A DNA stretch of 64,000 nt from an uncultured bacterium (GTDB lineage: Bacteria; Abyssobacteria; SURF-5), in NCBI GenBank assembly GCA_964607485.1, contig CAZSKP010000002.1, positions 43,907 to 107,906 on the forward strand. Reading direction: 5' to 3'. A program made the translations under genes and the position numbers. Shown one piece after another: positions 47,748 to 57,728 of this stretch; position 1 is the stretch's first letter, and each line of letters starts with the position of its first letter. The notes under the pieces were generated by a model that searched no databases, had not been told where the DNA came from, and saw only the letters and a program-made list of their open reading frames with translations.

Positions 47748-50080
47748 TTGTCCAGGTTCATCCTCTTCAGCAGTGCCTCATAACGAGGGTCCGAGCGGAA
47801 ATCGTCGTATAGTGTATCTCCTTTGATTAAAGAGAGCCAGATATCGCGTTCATCGGCCGCCTTGTTCAGCCAATGGAAGGCCTGATCCGTTTCCCCCAGC
47901 CTGAGGTATAGCTCCGCTATGACGTTTGCCGGCACATAGACTTCCTCTGATCGCTCCAGCAAATCATTTAACACTTTCCGAGCTTCGTCTTTTCTGCCAA
48001 TGCGTGCATAGAAACTTGCGACAGCGCCCTCATCACGCGGATTCAGGGTGCCTGCGATCTTCCTTTCATACTCCATCTCCGCGACGGCTTCTTCATACAT
48101 AGATTTGCAGTAGTACATCCATCCAAGCCAGTAATGTGTGGCGGGATAGTCTGGGTCCATCTCTATGCCCTTCTTCAAGACCTCTATCCCTTCGTCGAAC
48201 CGAGCGGCATAGAGAAACATTATCCCCATGCCTCTGTTAATGAAAAGCGAGAGAGGATCGAGTTCGACGGCTTTCTGCATTTCCTCGACGGCTGCGTCGA
48301 CCCGCCCCATGCTCAGCAGATAGAAGGCGTGCCAATGGCGAGCCATCGCGCCTCCGGGGTTGAGTTCGAGCGCCCTCTGAAACTCTCTTCCTGCATTCTC
48401 CCAGTCCCAGTCGAAAAACATCCTGATGTTGCCCAGCGAGACATGTGCTTCCGCGAGCGTATCGTCAATCTCGAGAGCCGTCAACGCGGCCTGTTTCGCC
48501 TTGGGATAGACTTCGCTTGTAGGCACATAGCCAAAAATCGGAAGATAATGGTAGCAGTCGGCCAAACCGGCGTAGGCCTGCGCATAGTCCGGGGCTTTCT
48601 CTATTGCCTGTTCGAAGTACTGTATCGCTTTTTCTATATCCTCTTCCGTGCCCTTGTGGAAGAAGAAGCGGCCTTGGAGATACAAATCATAGATTTCATG
48701 ATCTACGACAGGCCGCTTTGCAAGGACCGCCTGTTCTCCGTCGGCAAGCCTGACCCTCAATTTCTTCACTATAGCCCGGGAGATTTCCTCCTGAACGGCA
48801 AAGATATCTTCCACATCTCGATCATATTGCTCCGACCAGAGGTGAAATCCGTCACTCACTTTTACGAGCTGCGTCGTGATGCGCAGCCGATTGCCCGCCT
48901 TTCGGATGCTACCCTCAAGCACAGTATCGACGTTGAGCTTCTTCCCAATATCACTAATCGTTACGTTTCTCCCCTTGAATGAAAAGGCGGACGTCCGAGC
49001 GACGACCTTCAGGTTTGTGAATCTCGCGAGCGCATTGATTAGCTCTTCCGATATTCCATCACAGAAATATTCCTGGTCCTTTTCGGCACTCATGTCAACA
49101 AACGGGAGCACTGCAATCGAGGAGAAAGCTTTTTCTTCCTTTTGTCGTCCGAGGAACGCTATGGCCGCAATGCAAATGCCCATCGCTGCAATTCCCATTG
49201 CTACGGGTCTCACGCCAATCCGTTTCGATTTCCAGGAAGGAGCCAATCTCAGACGTCTCCCATCTCCGCGTTCCTTCTTACCCAGGCCGTCCAGGAACTC
49301 GGAGGTCGTGCGGAATCTACTATCCCTGTCTTTTGCCATTGCGCGGGAGACAACGGCAGTCAATTCAGATGGGACGTCCGGCCTCAGCTCTTCTACAGGG
49401 ATGGGCTCTTCGCTGACAATCTTGTGAATCATCGCCACTTCATTCGGTGCGTCGAAAGGGGGTTTGCCGGTGAGCATCTCATAGAGGACCACGCCGAGAG
49501 AATACACATCTGTCCGGAAATCGAGTTCCTCGCCGCGGCATTGTTCGGGCGACATGTAGCCAAGTGTGCCGATGAGTGTGCCCGACTGCGTCACCTTCGA
49601 GCGGTCATCGGCGGCTCTCGCCAAACCGAAGTCCAGGACCTTTGCATTGCCGGAGCCGTCGATAATCACGTTTGATGGCTTGACGTCGCGGTGGATGATG
49701 TTGTGCTTGTGGGCATGTTCCAGGGCCAGCGCTACCTGAGAAATGATCCGCACCGCCTCGCTCGGCTCGAATTTGCCTTTCTTCTCCAAAACTTTATCAA
49801 GAGTTTCCCCCTCCACGTATTCCATGCTGAAGAAGTGGAGATCGTTGTCCTCCGCGATGTCGAATATCTGGATGATATTGGAATGGCTGAGTTTTGCCAC
49901 CGCGCGGGCTTCTCGCTTGAATCTCTTAAGGAAAGACGCATCCGAACTCAGATGAGGAGGCAGGATTTTCAAGGCAACCGTCCGCTCCAGCTTCGTGTCC
50001 TCGGCTTTATACACCACGCCCATCCCGCCCTCGCCAAGCTTTTCGAGAATCTTGTAATGGGATATAGTTGTGCCGATCAT
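47744..50080 (-). CDS. membrane-anchored Ser/Thr kinase + TolB-like + TPR protein
   Basis: Start MIGTTISHY in ATGA overlap; TM VAMGIAAMGICIAAIAFLG. Confidence 0.93.
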   Translation of the reverse strand: MIGTTISHYKILEKLGEGGMGVVYKAEDTKLERTVALKILPPHLSSDASFLKRFKREARAVAKLSHSNIIQIFDIAEDNDLHFFSMEYVEGETLDKVLEKKGKFEPSEAVRIISQVALALEHAHKHNIIHRDVKPSNVIIDGSGNAKVLDFGLARAADDRSKVTQSGTLIGTLGYMSPEQCRGEELDFRTDVYSLGVVLYEMLTGKPPFDAPNEVAMIHKIVSEEPIPVEELRPDVPSELTAVVSRAMAKDRDSRFRTTSEFLDGLGKKERGDGRRLRLAPSWKSKRIGVRPVAMGIAAMGICIAAIAFLGRQKEEKAFSSIAVLPFVDMSAEKDQEYFCDGISEELINALARFTNLKVVARTSAFSFKGRNVTISDIGKKLNVDTVLEGSIRKAGNRLRITTQLVKVSDGFHLWSEQYDRDVEDIFAVQEEISRAIVKKLRVRLADGEQAVLAKRPVVDHEIYDLYLQGRFFFHKGTEEDIEKAIQYFEQAIEKAPDYAQAYAGLADCYHYLPIFGYVPTSEVYPKAKQAALTALEIDDTLAEAHVSLGNIRMFFDWDWENAGREFQRALELNPGGAMARHWHAFYLLSMGRVDAAVEEMQKAVELDPLSLFINRGMGIMFLYAARFDEGIEVLKKGIEMDPDYPATHYWLGWMYYCKSMYEEAVAEMEYERKIAGTLNPRDEGAVASFYARIGRKDEARKVLNDLLERSEEVYVPANVIAELYLRLGETDQAFHWLNKAADERDIWLSLIKGDTLYDDFRSDPRYEALLKRMNLDK

Positions 50081-52323
50081 GGTTCGAGGCCCATTTTTTT
50101 CAGAATTGCTTTGAACCTGGGGTCCGAACGCAAGGGAGCGACCATTGGAGCTGCCTGAAAATAACCAAGCCAAATGTCACCGCTCTCGCAGGCCTTCTCA
50201 AGCCATTCGAACCCCCTATCGATGTCTCCAAGCGCAAAATAGAGCAATCCAGTAAAGGTCGGAGGCACATATTCCGTTTCACTACGCGTCAAAAACGTGT
50301 TGAGAATATCCAGGGCTTTCTCCCGCTTTCCAACGAGCGCATGCCAGACAGCGATACTCCATTCCGCGGCAGCATCCAATACGCCCGAAACTTCCCTTTC
50401 CCTTTCAAACTCCAAAAGCGCCTCGTCGTTCATTGACTTCTGTAAATATGCCAACCCCAGAGCCAGGTGAGCATAAGGATGATTCGGGTCCAACTCGATA
50501 GTTTTCCGTAATACTTCTATTGCCCTGTCATTTTGACCTGCCCAATATAAGATCATCCCCAGCCCTATATTTATCTGCAGAGAAAGAGAATCCAGCTTGT
50601 GAGCTTCTTCTATTTCAGCAATTGCTTCATCCAACCGATTCACGCGCACCAGATGATAGGCATAGGTCCAGTGAGCTATTGCATAGCCGGGGTTCAGCTC
50701 AATTGCTTGTTTCAGCTCCCTCTCCGCTCCTTTCCAGTCCCAATCATACGCCGATTTGACCGTGCCCAATGATATATGGGCTTCAGCCAAAGTGTTATCA
50801 ATCTCCAGCGCCCTGAGTGCCGCCCTTCTCCCTTTTTGGTATGTTTCCTGTGGCCGGGACGAAGAAAAAAATGGGAGAACAAGGTGGGCGTCGGCCAACC
50901 CGGCATACGCCTGTGCATAGTCCGGGTCTATCGCCAATGCCTGTTCGAAATAATCGACGGCCTTCTTCAACGCTTCCACTGAAGATTTATTAAAGAAATA
51001 GCGCCCCTTGAGGTACAGGTCGTATGTTTCAATTGGCACTGCTTGCCGGGCGCCGAGCTTTGACTTTTCTGATTTGAGCAGAGTGGGCTTGAGCTTGGTC
51101 ACGATCGCTTCGGAGATTTCGTCCTGTATCGCGAAGATATCGTCCATGTTCCGGTCATACTTCTCGGACCACAGGTGATATCCGTCGGCAACATTAACGA
51201 GCTGGCCGGTTATTCGAAGACGGTTCCCGGCCTTTTGGATGCTTCCTTCCAACACCGTCGCCACATTCAGCCTCTTTCCGATGTCGCGGACATCCAGACT
51301 CTGTCCTTTGAATGAGAAGGCGGATGTTCTGGCAACAACTTTCAGGTCTTTGATCTGCGTCAATGCGTTTATCAGTGCCTCGGCCATGCCGTCGCAGAGA
51401 TATTCCTGATCTCTGGAGGAGCTCATGTCGACAAAAGGCAGCACAACAATCGAAGGCGAAGATTCTTCCTCGATGTGTTTTTCTGAGGAAGATGAGACAG
51501 GGAGTTTCCTGAGGCTTTCCATAAATTCGGTCATGTTCCCGTGCCTTGCCATCCTATCTTTCGCCATTGCCCGAGATACGACAGTGTTGAGCTCTTCTGA
51601 GATGTCCGCTGTGAACTCTCTGACACCGGGAGGTTCCTCGCTGACAATCTTGTGAATCATGGCCACTTCGTTCGGCGCGTCGAATGGGGGTTTGCCTGTC
51701 AGCATTTCGTAGAGCACCACGCCGAGGGAATAGATATCCGTGCGGAAATCGAGTTCCTCGCCGCGGCATTGTTCGGGTGACATGTAGCCAAGTGTACCGA
51801 TGAGCGTGCCCGATTGCGTCACCTTGGAGCGGTCATCGGCGGCTCTGGCCAGACCGAAGTCCATGACCTTTGCATTGCCGGAGCCGTCGATAATTATGTT
51901 TGATGGCTTGACGTCGCGGTGGATTATGTTGTGCTTGTGGGCGTGTTCCAGGGCCAGCGCGACCTGAGAAATGACCCGTACCGCCTCTTTCGGCTCGAAT
52001 TTGCCTTTCTTCTCCAAAACTTTATCAAGAGTTTCCCCCTCCACGTATTCCATGCTGAAGAAGTGGAGATCGTTGTCCTCCGCGATGTCGAATATCTGGA
52101 TGATATTGGAATGGCTGAGTTTTGCCACCGCGCGGGCTTCTCGCTTGAATCTCTTAAGGAAAGAAACATTCGAACTCAGATGAGGAGGCAGGATTTTCAG
52201 AGCGACGGGACGGTCGAGGTTCACCTGGCGGGCCTTATATACCACACCCATCCCACCCTGACCGAGAAGGGACTCGATCTCGTAGTTGCCGAGCCTTGTG
52301 CCTGCGAGCCGTTCGATATCCAT
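50077..52323 (-). CDS. Ser/Thr kinase + TolB-like + TPR protein (first gene of the array)
   Basis: GQGGMG, HRDVK, DFG, SIVVLPF, TPRs. Has its own RBS (AGAGGTAGG). Confidence 0.94.
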   Translation of the reverse strand: MDIERLAGTRLGNYEIESLLGQGGMGVVYKARQVNLDRPVALKILPPHLSSNVSFLKRFKREARAVAKLSHSNIIQIFDIAEDNDLHFFSMEYVEGETLDKVLEKKGKFEPKEAVRVISQVALALEHAHKHNIIHRDVKPSNIIIDGSGNAKVMDFGLARAADDRSKVTQSGTLIGTLGYMSPEQCRGEELDFRTDIYSLGVVLYEMLTGKPPFDAPNEVAMIHKIVSEEPPGVREFTADISEELNTVVSRAMAKDRMARHGNMTEFMESLRKLPVSSSSEKHIEEESSPSIVVLPFVDMSSSRDQEYLCDGMAEALINALTQIKDLKVVARTSAFSFKGQSLDVRDIGKRLNVATVLEGSIQKAGNRLRITGQLVNVADGYHLWSEKYDRNMDDIFAIQDEISEAIVTKLKPTLLKSEKSKLGARQAVPIETYDLYLKGRYFFNKSSVEALKKAVDYFEQALAIDPDYAQAYAGLADAHLVLPFFSSSRPQETYQKGRRAALRALEIDNTLAEAHISLGTVKSAYDWDWKGAERELKQAIELNPGYAIAHWTYAYHLVRVNRLDEAIAEIEEAHKLDSLSLQINIGLGMILYWAGQNDRAIEVLRKTIELDPNHPYAHLALGLAYLQKSMNDEALLEFEREREVSGVLDAAAEWSIAVWHALVGKREKALDILNTFLTRSETEYVPPTFTGLLYFALGDIDRGFEWLEKACESGDIWLGYFQAAPMVAPLRSDPRFKAILKKMGLEP

Positions 52324-52391
52324 GGCTACCTACCTCTGAATCTTACGGGAGTTGATCCGACGTAGGTGCTTCCGGTTCTTTCGGAAAGACC

Positions 52392-52400
52392 AGTATATCA
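52392..52400 (-). promoter_or_regulatory. extended -10 promoter candidate for the kinase array
   Basis: Minus strand TGATATACT (TGnTATACT) about 70 nt upstream of ATG 52323. Confidence 0.45.
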
Positions 52401-52686
52401 AAAAAAGCTGGGATTTTGCCAATGACGCTCGCAAATTTGAGCGGTCAAGTGCTGTCCTGGAAAATCCCAATATTCTTGACTTCTCGGAGGCGGCGAATTC
52501 GCCTTTGGGGAAGCAGAAATCAGTGCAGAATTGAAAAGGGATCATTCACCCCTGAGAGAACGGCCCTCAAACGATCCGATGCGCATACCGACGTGAGACG
52601 ATAAGAATCGAAGTCCCCCTTGTGCACAGGCCCGCAAGGTGGGACTGGCACACATTCACGGGGACAGCGGCCGGCATGACAAATTA

Positions 52687-52718
52687 GGGAACCGACGCAA
52701 GTCATGACGTCGGTTCCC
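52687..52718 (-). terminator. hairpin terminator after msrAB
   Basis: GGGAACCGACG / CGTCGGTTCCC 11-bp stem followed by TAATTT on the minus strand. Confidence 0.6.
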
Positions 52719-52727
52719 CTCGTTACT

Positions 52728-53870
52728 TTATTTCGCGGGAGTGGCGTGCGCTTCGGCGAACAGGCGCATATACTTGCCGTATCCCGCCTTTTCAAGGTCC
52801 TCTTTGGGGATGAATCGCAGCGCGGCGGAATTGATGCAGTACCGAAGCCCTGTGGGTTTGGGGCCATCGTTGAACACGTGTCCAAGGTGAGAGTCGCCGT
52901 GTTTGCTCCTCACCTCGGTTCGTTTTATGAAGAAGTAGCTCCTGTCTTCTTTCTCCACGATGTTGTTCGGTTCGAGCGGCCTGGTGAAGCTCGGCCAGCC
53001 CGTGCCCGACTTGAACTTGTCCGTCGAGCTGAACAGGGGCTCGCCGGAGACGACATCGACGTAAATCCCCTCTTTTTTGTTATCCCAGTATTCGTTGTGA
53101 AACGCCGGCTCGGTGCCGTTCTCCTGCGTCACCTCGTATTGCAGAGGAGTCAGCTCGCTCCGCAGGGTTGCGTCGTCGGGCTTCGAGTAATCTCCGGCCT
53201 TCGGAGAAGCCTTGGCTCCCCCCTTTTCTCCCCATTCCTTCTTCAGGAACTGGTCGCGGCCGGAGGCGCTTCTGTAGGCCTTGTACCTCACGGGAGACTT
53301 CTTGTAATAATCCTGGTGATAGTCCTCCGCCTTGTAGAAGGTCGTGAACTTGACTATTTGCGTGGCGATCGGCTTGTCGAACTTTCCGGATTCGGCGAGC
53401 GCTTCCTTCGATTGTTCCGCCAATCGTTTCTGCTCGGCATCGTTATAGAAGATGATGGAGCGATACTGCGGTCCCCTGTCGACAAACTGCCCGCCGGCGT
53501 CGGTCGGGTCGATATGCCTCCAGAAATAGTCGAGCAATTCCTTGTAGCTGAGCCGGAGTGGGTCGTAGTACACCTGCACGGCCTCGACGTAGCCCGTCGT
53601 GCCCGAGGAAACCTCTTTGTAGGTCGGGTTCTCCTTGGTGCCGCCCGCGTAGCCTGAGATGACTTTCACGACACCCGGCAGCTTTTCGAAATCCGCCTCG
53701 GTGCACCAGAAACATCCTCCGGCGAATGTCGCTTTGCGCAGTGTGCTATCATCTATGGTCATTGTACTCTTCTCCTGCTGCTGCATCGCTGTGCTGTCCG
53801 AACAACCCACCAACGCCAGAGGCGCCAGTGTTGCAAATAGCAGCAATATCTTCGTGATGGTATGTGTCAT
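52728..53870 (-). CDS. msrAB: exported bifunctional peptide-methionine sulfoxide reductase
   Basis: [34 protein letters not shown]. Lipobox-like LALVGC. Confidence 0.96.
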   Translation of the reverse strand: MTHTITKILLLFATLAPLALVGCSDSTAMQQQEKSTMTIDDSTLRKATFAGGCFWCTEADFEKLPGVVKVISGYAGGTKENPTYKEVSSGTTGYVEAVQVYYDPLRLSYKELLDYFWRHIDPTDAGGQFVDRGPQYRSIIFYNDAEQKRLAEQSKEALAESGKFDKPIATQIVKFTTFYKAEDYHQDYYKKSPVRYKAYRSASGRDQFLKKEWGEKGGAKASPKAGDYSKPDDATLRSELTPLQYEVTQENGTEPAFHNEYWDNKKEGIYVDVVSGEPLFSSTDKFKSGTGWPSFTRPLEPNNIVEKEDRSYFFIKRTEVRSKHGDSHLGHVFNDGPKPTGLRYCINSAALRFIPKEDLEKAGYGKYMRLFAEAHATPAK

Positions 53871-54026
53871 TTAATCTAACCTCCCTCTTTATCTAATTGT
53901 GTCCGAGGACATCTTCCTTGTAAAGGAACAGCGCCAGACTTTCTTTGATCCGGGCCGATTTCGTCCAAGCTATTGTTCGTCGGGAGGCGGAGGCTCCTCC
54001 AGATAGTCATTGCAACTTTCTCCGAT

Positions 54027-54044
54027 TTGTGACATTTGTCAAAG
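54027..54044 (+). promoter_or_regulatory. Crp/Fnr-family (HcpR-like) binding site
   Basis: TTGTGA-N6-TCAAAG upstream of hcp. Confidence 0.6.
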
Positions 54045-54155
54045 CGTTTCCCTCTTCAGGAATGTATGGTTATAGTATGAAACGGTCGCATGAGCTTGAA
54101 CAAGGAATGAATCCGTACCAGCAAGACCTGGAGACCGAAAAGAGGAGGACGTAAG

Positions 54156-55799
54156 ATGGCGACAACACAGATGTTCTGTTACCAGTGTGAGCAGACGGCC
54201 AAGGGCGAGGCGTGCACGAAGGCCGGAGTATGTGGCAAGCAGCCCGATGTGGCGGCCCTGCAGGACCTGCTCGTCCATGCGCTCACGGGATTGTCCGTTT
54301 ATGCCGTCGAGGGCCGCAAGGTGGGCGTGAACGACGGCGATGCGAACGTCTTCACCTGCGAGGCCCTGTTCGCGACACTTACCAATGTGGATTTCGACCC
54401 GGAGAGGTTCGACCCCTTGATCCGGCGCTCCGTCGAACTACGGGAAAGCCTCAAGAAGAAAGTCAAGGCCGCGGGCGGGAAAGTCGACTTTCCCGACGGC
54501 CCCGTCACCTTCCAGCCCAAGCCAACGTTGGAGGGCCTGGTGGAACAGGGCAAAGCGGTGGGCCTGAAGTCCGACCCGTCCATCAATCCGGACATCCGTT
54601 CGCTCCAACACACGCTTCTGTTCGGAATCAAGGGTGTCGCCGCGTATGCCGACCACGCCAAGATTCTCGGACAGGCCGACGACGCCGTGTATGCCTTCAT
54701 CCACGAAGGCCTGGCCGCAACCCTGCGGAAAGACCTGAGCCTCGACGACTGGGTCGGCCTCGTGCTGAAATGCGGCGAGATTAACCTGCGAACGATGGAA
54801 CTGCTCGACGCCGGCAACACCGGAGCCTATGGACACCCGGTACCCACCAAGGTCCCCCTCGGCGCGAAGAAGGGGAAGGCCATCGTCGTCTCGGGCCACG
54901 ACCTGAAGGACTTGGAAGAGCTCCTGAAACAGACCGAGGGCAAGGGCATAAACGTCTATACCCACGGCGAGATGCTCCCCTGCCACGGCTATCCCGGCCT
55001 GAAGAAGTACCCCCATTTCTACGGGCACTACGGAACCGCCTGGCAGAACCAGGCGCGGGAGTTTGCGGATTTCCCCGGCGCGATACTGATGACGACGAAC
55101 TGTATCCAGAAGCCGAGAGACTCATACAAGGACAACATATTCACTAGCGGCCTGGTCGGATGGCCGGGCGTGCCCCACATTTCCGACCGCAACTTCGCGC
55201 CTGTCATCGAGAAGGCGCTCGCGATGCCCGGCTTTGCAAATGACACGAACGGCAAGACGGTCATGGTCGGTTTCGCGAGAAACGCGGTGCTCGGCGTCGC
55301 CGACAAGGTGATCGACGCGGTCAAGAACAAGGCCATCCGCCACTTTTTCCTCGTGGCCGGATGCGACGGAGCCAAGCCGGGCCGGAACTATTACACCAAG
55401 TTCGTCGAACAAGTGCCCGACGACTGTGTCGTGCTGACGCTGGCGTGCGGCAAGTTCCGCTTCTTCGACAAGGACCTCGGCGACATCGGGGGCATACCCA
55501 GACTCCTCGACGTCGGCCAGTGCAACGACGCTTACTCCGCCATTCAAATCGCGGTGGCGCTGTCGAAGGCGTTCAACGTGGGAGTCAACGACCTGCCTCT
55601 GTCCATGGTGCTTTCGTGGTACGAGCAGAAGGCCGTGGCCATTCTGCTGACGCTCCTGCATCTGGGCATCAAGGACATTCGCCTCGGGCCGAGCCTGCCG
55701 GCGTTCATCACTCCCGCGGTGCTTGACACGCTCGTGAAGACTTTTGACATCAAACCGATCACGACCCCCGAGGAGGACCTGAAGGCGATTCTGGGATAA
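54156..55799 (+). CDS. hcp: hybrid cluster protein (hydroxylamine/NO reductase)
   Basis: MFCYQCEQT...C....VCGK, SGHDL, THGEMLP, GCDG, ACGK, GQCND, SWYEQKA. Confidence 0.98.
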   Translation: MATTQMFCYQCEQTAKGEACTKAGVCGKQPDVAALQDLLVHALTGLSVYAVEGRKVGVNDGDANVFTCEALFATLTNVDFDPERFDPLIRRSVELRESLKKKVKAAGGKVDFPDGPVTFQPKPTLEGLVEQGKAVGLKSDPSINPDIRSLQHTLLFGIKGVAAYADHAKILGQADDAVYAFIHEGLAATLRKDLSLDDWVGLVLKCGEINLRTMELLDAGNTGAYGHPVPTKVPLGAKKGKAIVVSGHDLKDLEELLKQTEGKGINVYTHGEMLPCHGYPGLKKYPHFYGHYGTAWQNQAREFADFPGAILMTTNCIQKPRDSYKDNIFTSGLVGWPGVPHISDRNFAPVIEKALAMPGFANDTNGKTVMVGFARNAVLGVADKVIDAVKNKAIRHFFLVAGCDGAKPGRNYYTKFVEQVPDDCVVLTLACGKFRFFDKDLGDIGGIPRLLDVGQCNDAYSAIQIAVALSKAFNVGVNDLPLSMVLSWYEQKAVAILLTLLHLGIKDIRLGPSLPAFITPAVLDTLVKTFDIKPITTPEEDLKAILG

Positions 55800-55805
55800 G
55801 GAATG

Positions 55806-55846
55806 TTGCCCTCGGCCTCGCAGAAAGGCCGAGGGCAATTTCTCTC
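55806..55846 (+). terminator. hairpin after hcp
   Basis: TTGCCCTCGGCCT / AGGCCGAGGGCAA 13-bp stem followed by TTTCTCTC. Confidence 0.6.
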
Positions 55847-55892
55847 AAAACGTGAGGAGGACGTATGGCTGGATTTTGGAAGGAGGGACAAA

Positions 55893-56507
55893 ATGAATAA
55901 GATAATAATTCTCGTTGCGATATGCGCCGGTTTTCTGTTCCTTGTTCCGCACGTGGCCGTCGCTCACTGCGACACGCTGGACGGCCCCGTTGTAACGACC
56001 GCGAGGGCGGCTCTGGACAAGGGCGACGTGACACCCGTGCTCAAGTGGGTGAAACCGGAGCACGAGTCCGAAATTCGCGAGGCTTTCAACAAGACACTGG
56101 CCGTGAGGGCCAAGGGACCCGAAGCAAAAGAGCTGGCGGACATGTACTTCCTCGAAACGCTGGTGAGAATTCACCGTGCCGGCGAGGGAGCGCCTTACAC
56201 CGGCCTCAAGCCCGCCGGCACCGACCTCGGACCGGCCGTGACAGCGGCCGACAAAGCCCTCCAGACGGGCGAGAGCGAAGCTCTCGTGAACCTGGTGACA
56301 GCGGAAGCGGCCGACGGAATTCGCGAACGCTTTCGCCACGCCTTTGCGAAGAAGAAGCATGCAGACGAGAGCGTAGAGGACGGGCGGGAGTTCGTGGAGG
56401 CCTACGTCGAGTTCGTACACTATGTCGAGCGACTTCACAACGACGCAGCCACCTCGGCCGTTCACCACAGCGAAGCGAAAGAATCCGAAGGCCATCACGC
56501 ACACTAG
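55893..56507 (+). CDS. exported His-rich protein (DUF6448-like)
   Basis: Signal peptide, then AHCDTLDGPVV, FLETLVRIHRAGEGAPYTGLKPAG, His-rich tail. Confidence 0.8.
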   Translation: MNKIIILVAICAGFLFLVPHVAVAHCDTLDGPVVTTARAALDKGDVTPVLKWVKPEHESEIREAFNKTLAVRAKGPEAKELADMYFLETLVRIHRAGEGAPYTGLKPAGTDLGPAVTAADKALQTGESEALVNLVTAEAADGIRERFRHAFAKKKHADESVEDGREFVEAYVEFVHYVERLHNDAATSAVHHSEAKESEGHHAH

Positions 56508-56536
56508 GCCGGAGCTAATGAAAAGAGGTGTTCGAC

Positions 56537-57280
56537 ATGCTGAAAACATTAAGTGAAGAGACAACTGTACGCGAATTGGTGGTGAAATATCCCCGCGCGC
56601 GCCCCGTGCTCGAACGCTTTGGAATCGACTACTGCTGCGGCGGCGGCCACGCGCTGAAGGAAGCGGCGGCCGAAAAGGGAGTGAATCTGGAGGCGTTGTT
56701 TGAGGCTCTTGAAGATGCCGTCTCGGCCCCTTCTCCGGGCGGCGCCGAGAGGGATTGGTCTGCCGCGACGCCCACCGAATTGGCCGACCATATCGAAGAG
56801 CGGCACCACACGTTTATGAAGGAGCAGCTTCCGCGCCTGCGGAACCTCATGGCGAAAGTGCTCGACGCGCACGGCCCCCGACACGGGGATATGCTCGCGC
56901 AGCTTCAGGAAACCTATGATTCGCTCAGAACGGAAATCGAGCAGCACCTCATGAAGGAGGAGCAAATCCTGTTTCCGGCCATCCGCCAGATCGACGCTTA
57001 CGCGCGGGAAGGCGGTACGAAGCCCGCGCTTCATTGCGGGTCGGTGCAGAATCCCATCCGTCAGATGGAACACGAGCACGACAATGCCGGCGCGGCGCTG
57101 GCCAGGATGAGGGAGTTGACATCGGATTACACACTGCCCGACGACGCGTGCAACACGTTCGGCGCGCTCTACGATGGGCTGCGGGAGCTCGAGGACGACC
57201 TGCACGAACATATTCACCTTGAGAACAATATCCTGTTCCCTGAAGTCATCGAGCTGGAGAAAACGAGTGGAATCGCCTGA
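56537..57280 (+). CDS. ric: iron-sulfur cluster repair di-iron protein (Ric/YtfE/ScdA)
   Basis: GIDYCCGG, HH, HLMKEE, EHD, HIHLENNILFP. Confidence 0.95.
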   Translation: MLKTLSEETTVRELVVKYPRARPVLERFGIDYCCGGGHALKEAAAEKGVNLEALFEALEDAVSAPSPGGAERDWSAATPTELADHIEERHHTFMKEQLPRLRNLMAKVLDAHGPRHGDMLAQLQETYDSLRTEIEQHLMKEEQILFPAIRQIDAYAREGGTKPALHCGSVQNPIRQMEHEHDNAGAALARMRELTSDYTLPDDACNTFGALYDGLRELEDDLHEHIHLENNILFPEVIELEKTSGIA

Positions 57281-57359
57281 CTGACAGTCGCCTCGGGCGA
57301 TGAATTCAAGAGGCCGGGGCCGACGTCTCCCGGCCCTGATTGAAAGAAAGGCTGAGGCA

Positions 57360-57704
57360 ATGGCGGTCAAGACGAAATGCGTGTATGACAAGGCAGAAGC
57401 CGCCGACGGGTATCGCCTGCTCGTCATGCGGTTCTGGCCGCGCGGGGTGCGCAAGGACAGCGTCGATGCATGGGAGAAGGAACTCGGCACGTCTGCCGAC
57501 CTCATCAAGGAGTGGAAGAGCGGTTCGGTGACATGGCCCGAGTTTTCACGAAGATACCGGGCGGAGATGCGCTCGCAGAAAGATAAGATCGCCGAACTCG
57601 CCAAACGAGCGAAAAAGGAAACGATCACGTTGCTCTGTGGCTGCCGCGAAGAGAACCGTTGCCACCGCTCCCTCCTCAAACAGCTCATTTCAAAGCACGA
57701 ATAA
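57360..57704 (+). CDS. DUF488 (YeaO-like) protein
   Basis: DGYRLLVMRFWPRGVRK, WPEFSRRYRAEM, ITLLC...CHR. Confidence 0.88.
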   Translation: MAVKTKCVYDKAEAADGYRLLVMRFWPRGVRKDSVDAWEKELGTSADLIKEWKSGSVTWPEFSRRYRAEMRSQKDKIAELAKRAKKETITLLCGCREENRCHRSLLKQLISKHE

Positions 57705-57728
57705 CCGCTTCCCGACCGACCTCGCCTT

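Noticed and set aside
50081-50173. Upstream extension of kinase ORF 47744..50173
   Set aside because: It overlaps the previous gene. The ATGA-coupled MIGTTISHY start matches the other array members.
35837-52323. Diversity-generating retroelement, shufflon or CRISPR explanation for the kinase repeats
   Set aside because: No reverse transcriptase, recombinase or cas gene in the window. All units are co-oriented, the repeats are coding, and I noticed no adenine-specific mismatch pattern by eye.
52520-52686. Possible structured ncRNA or riboswitch between msrAB and the kinase array
   Set aside because: No recognisable family motif. An Rfam/Infernal scan would be needed.
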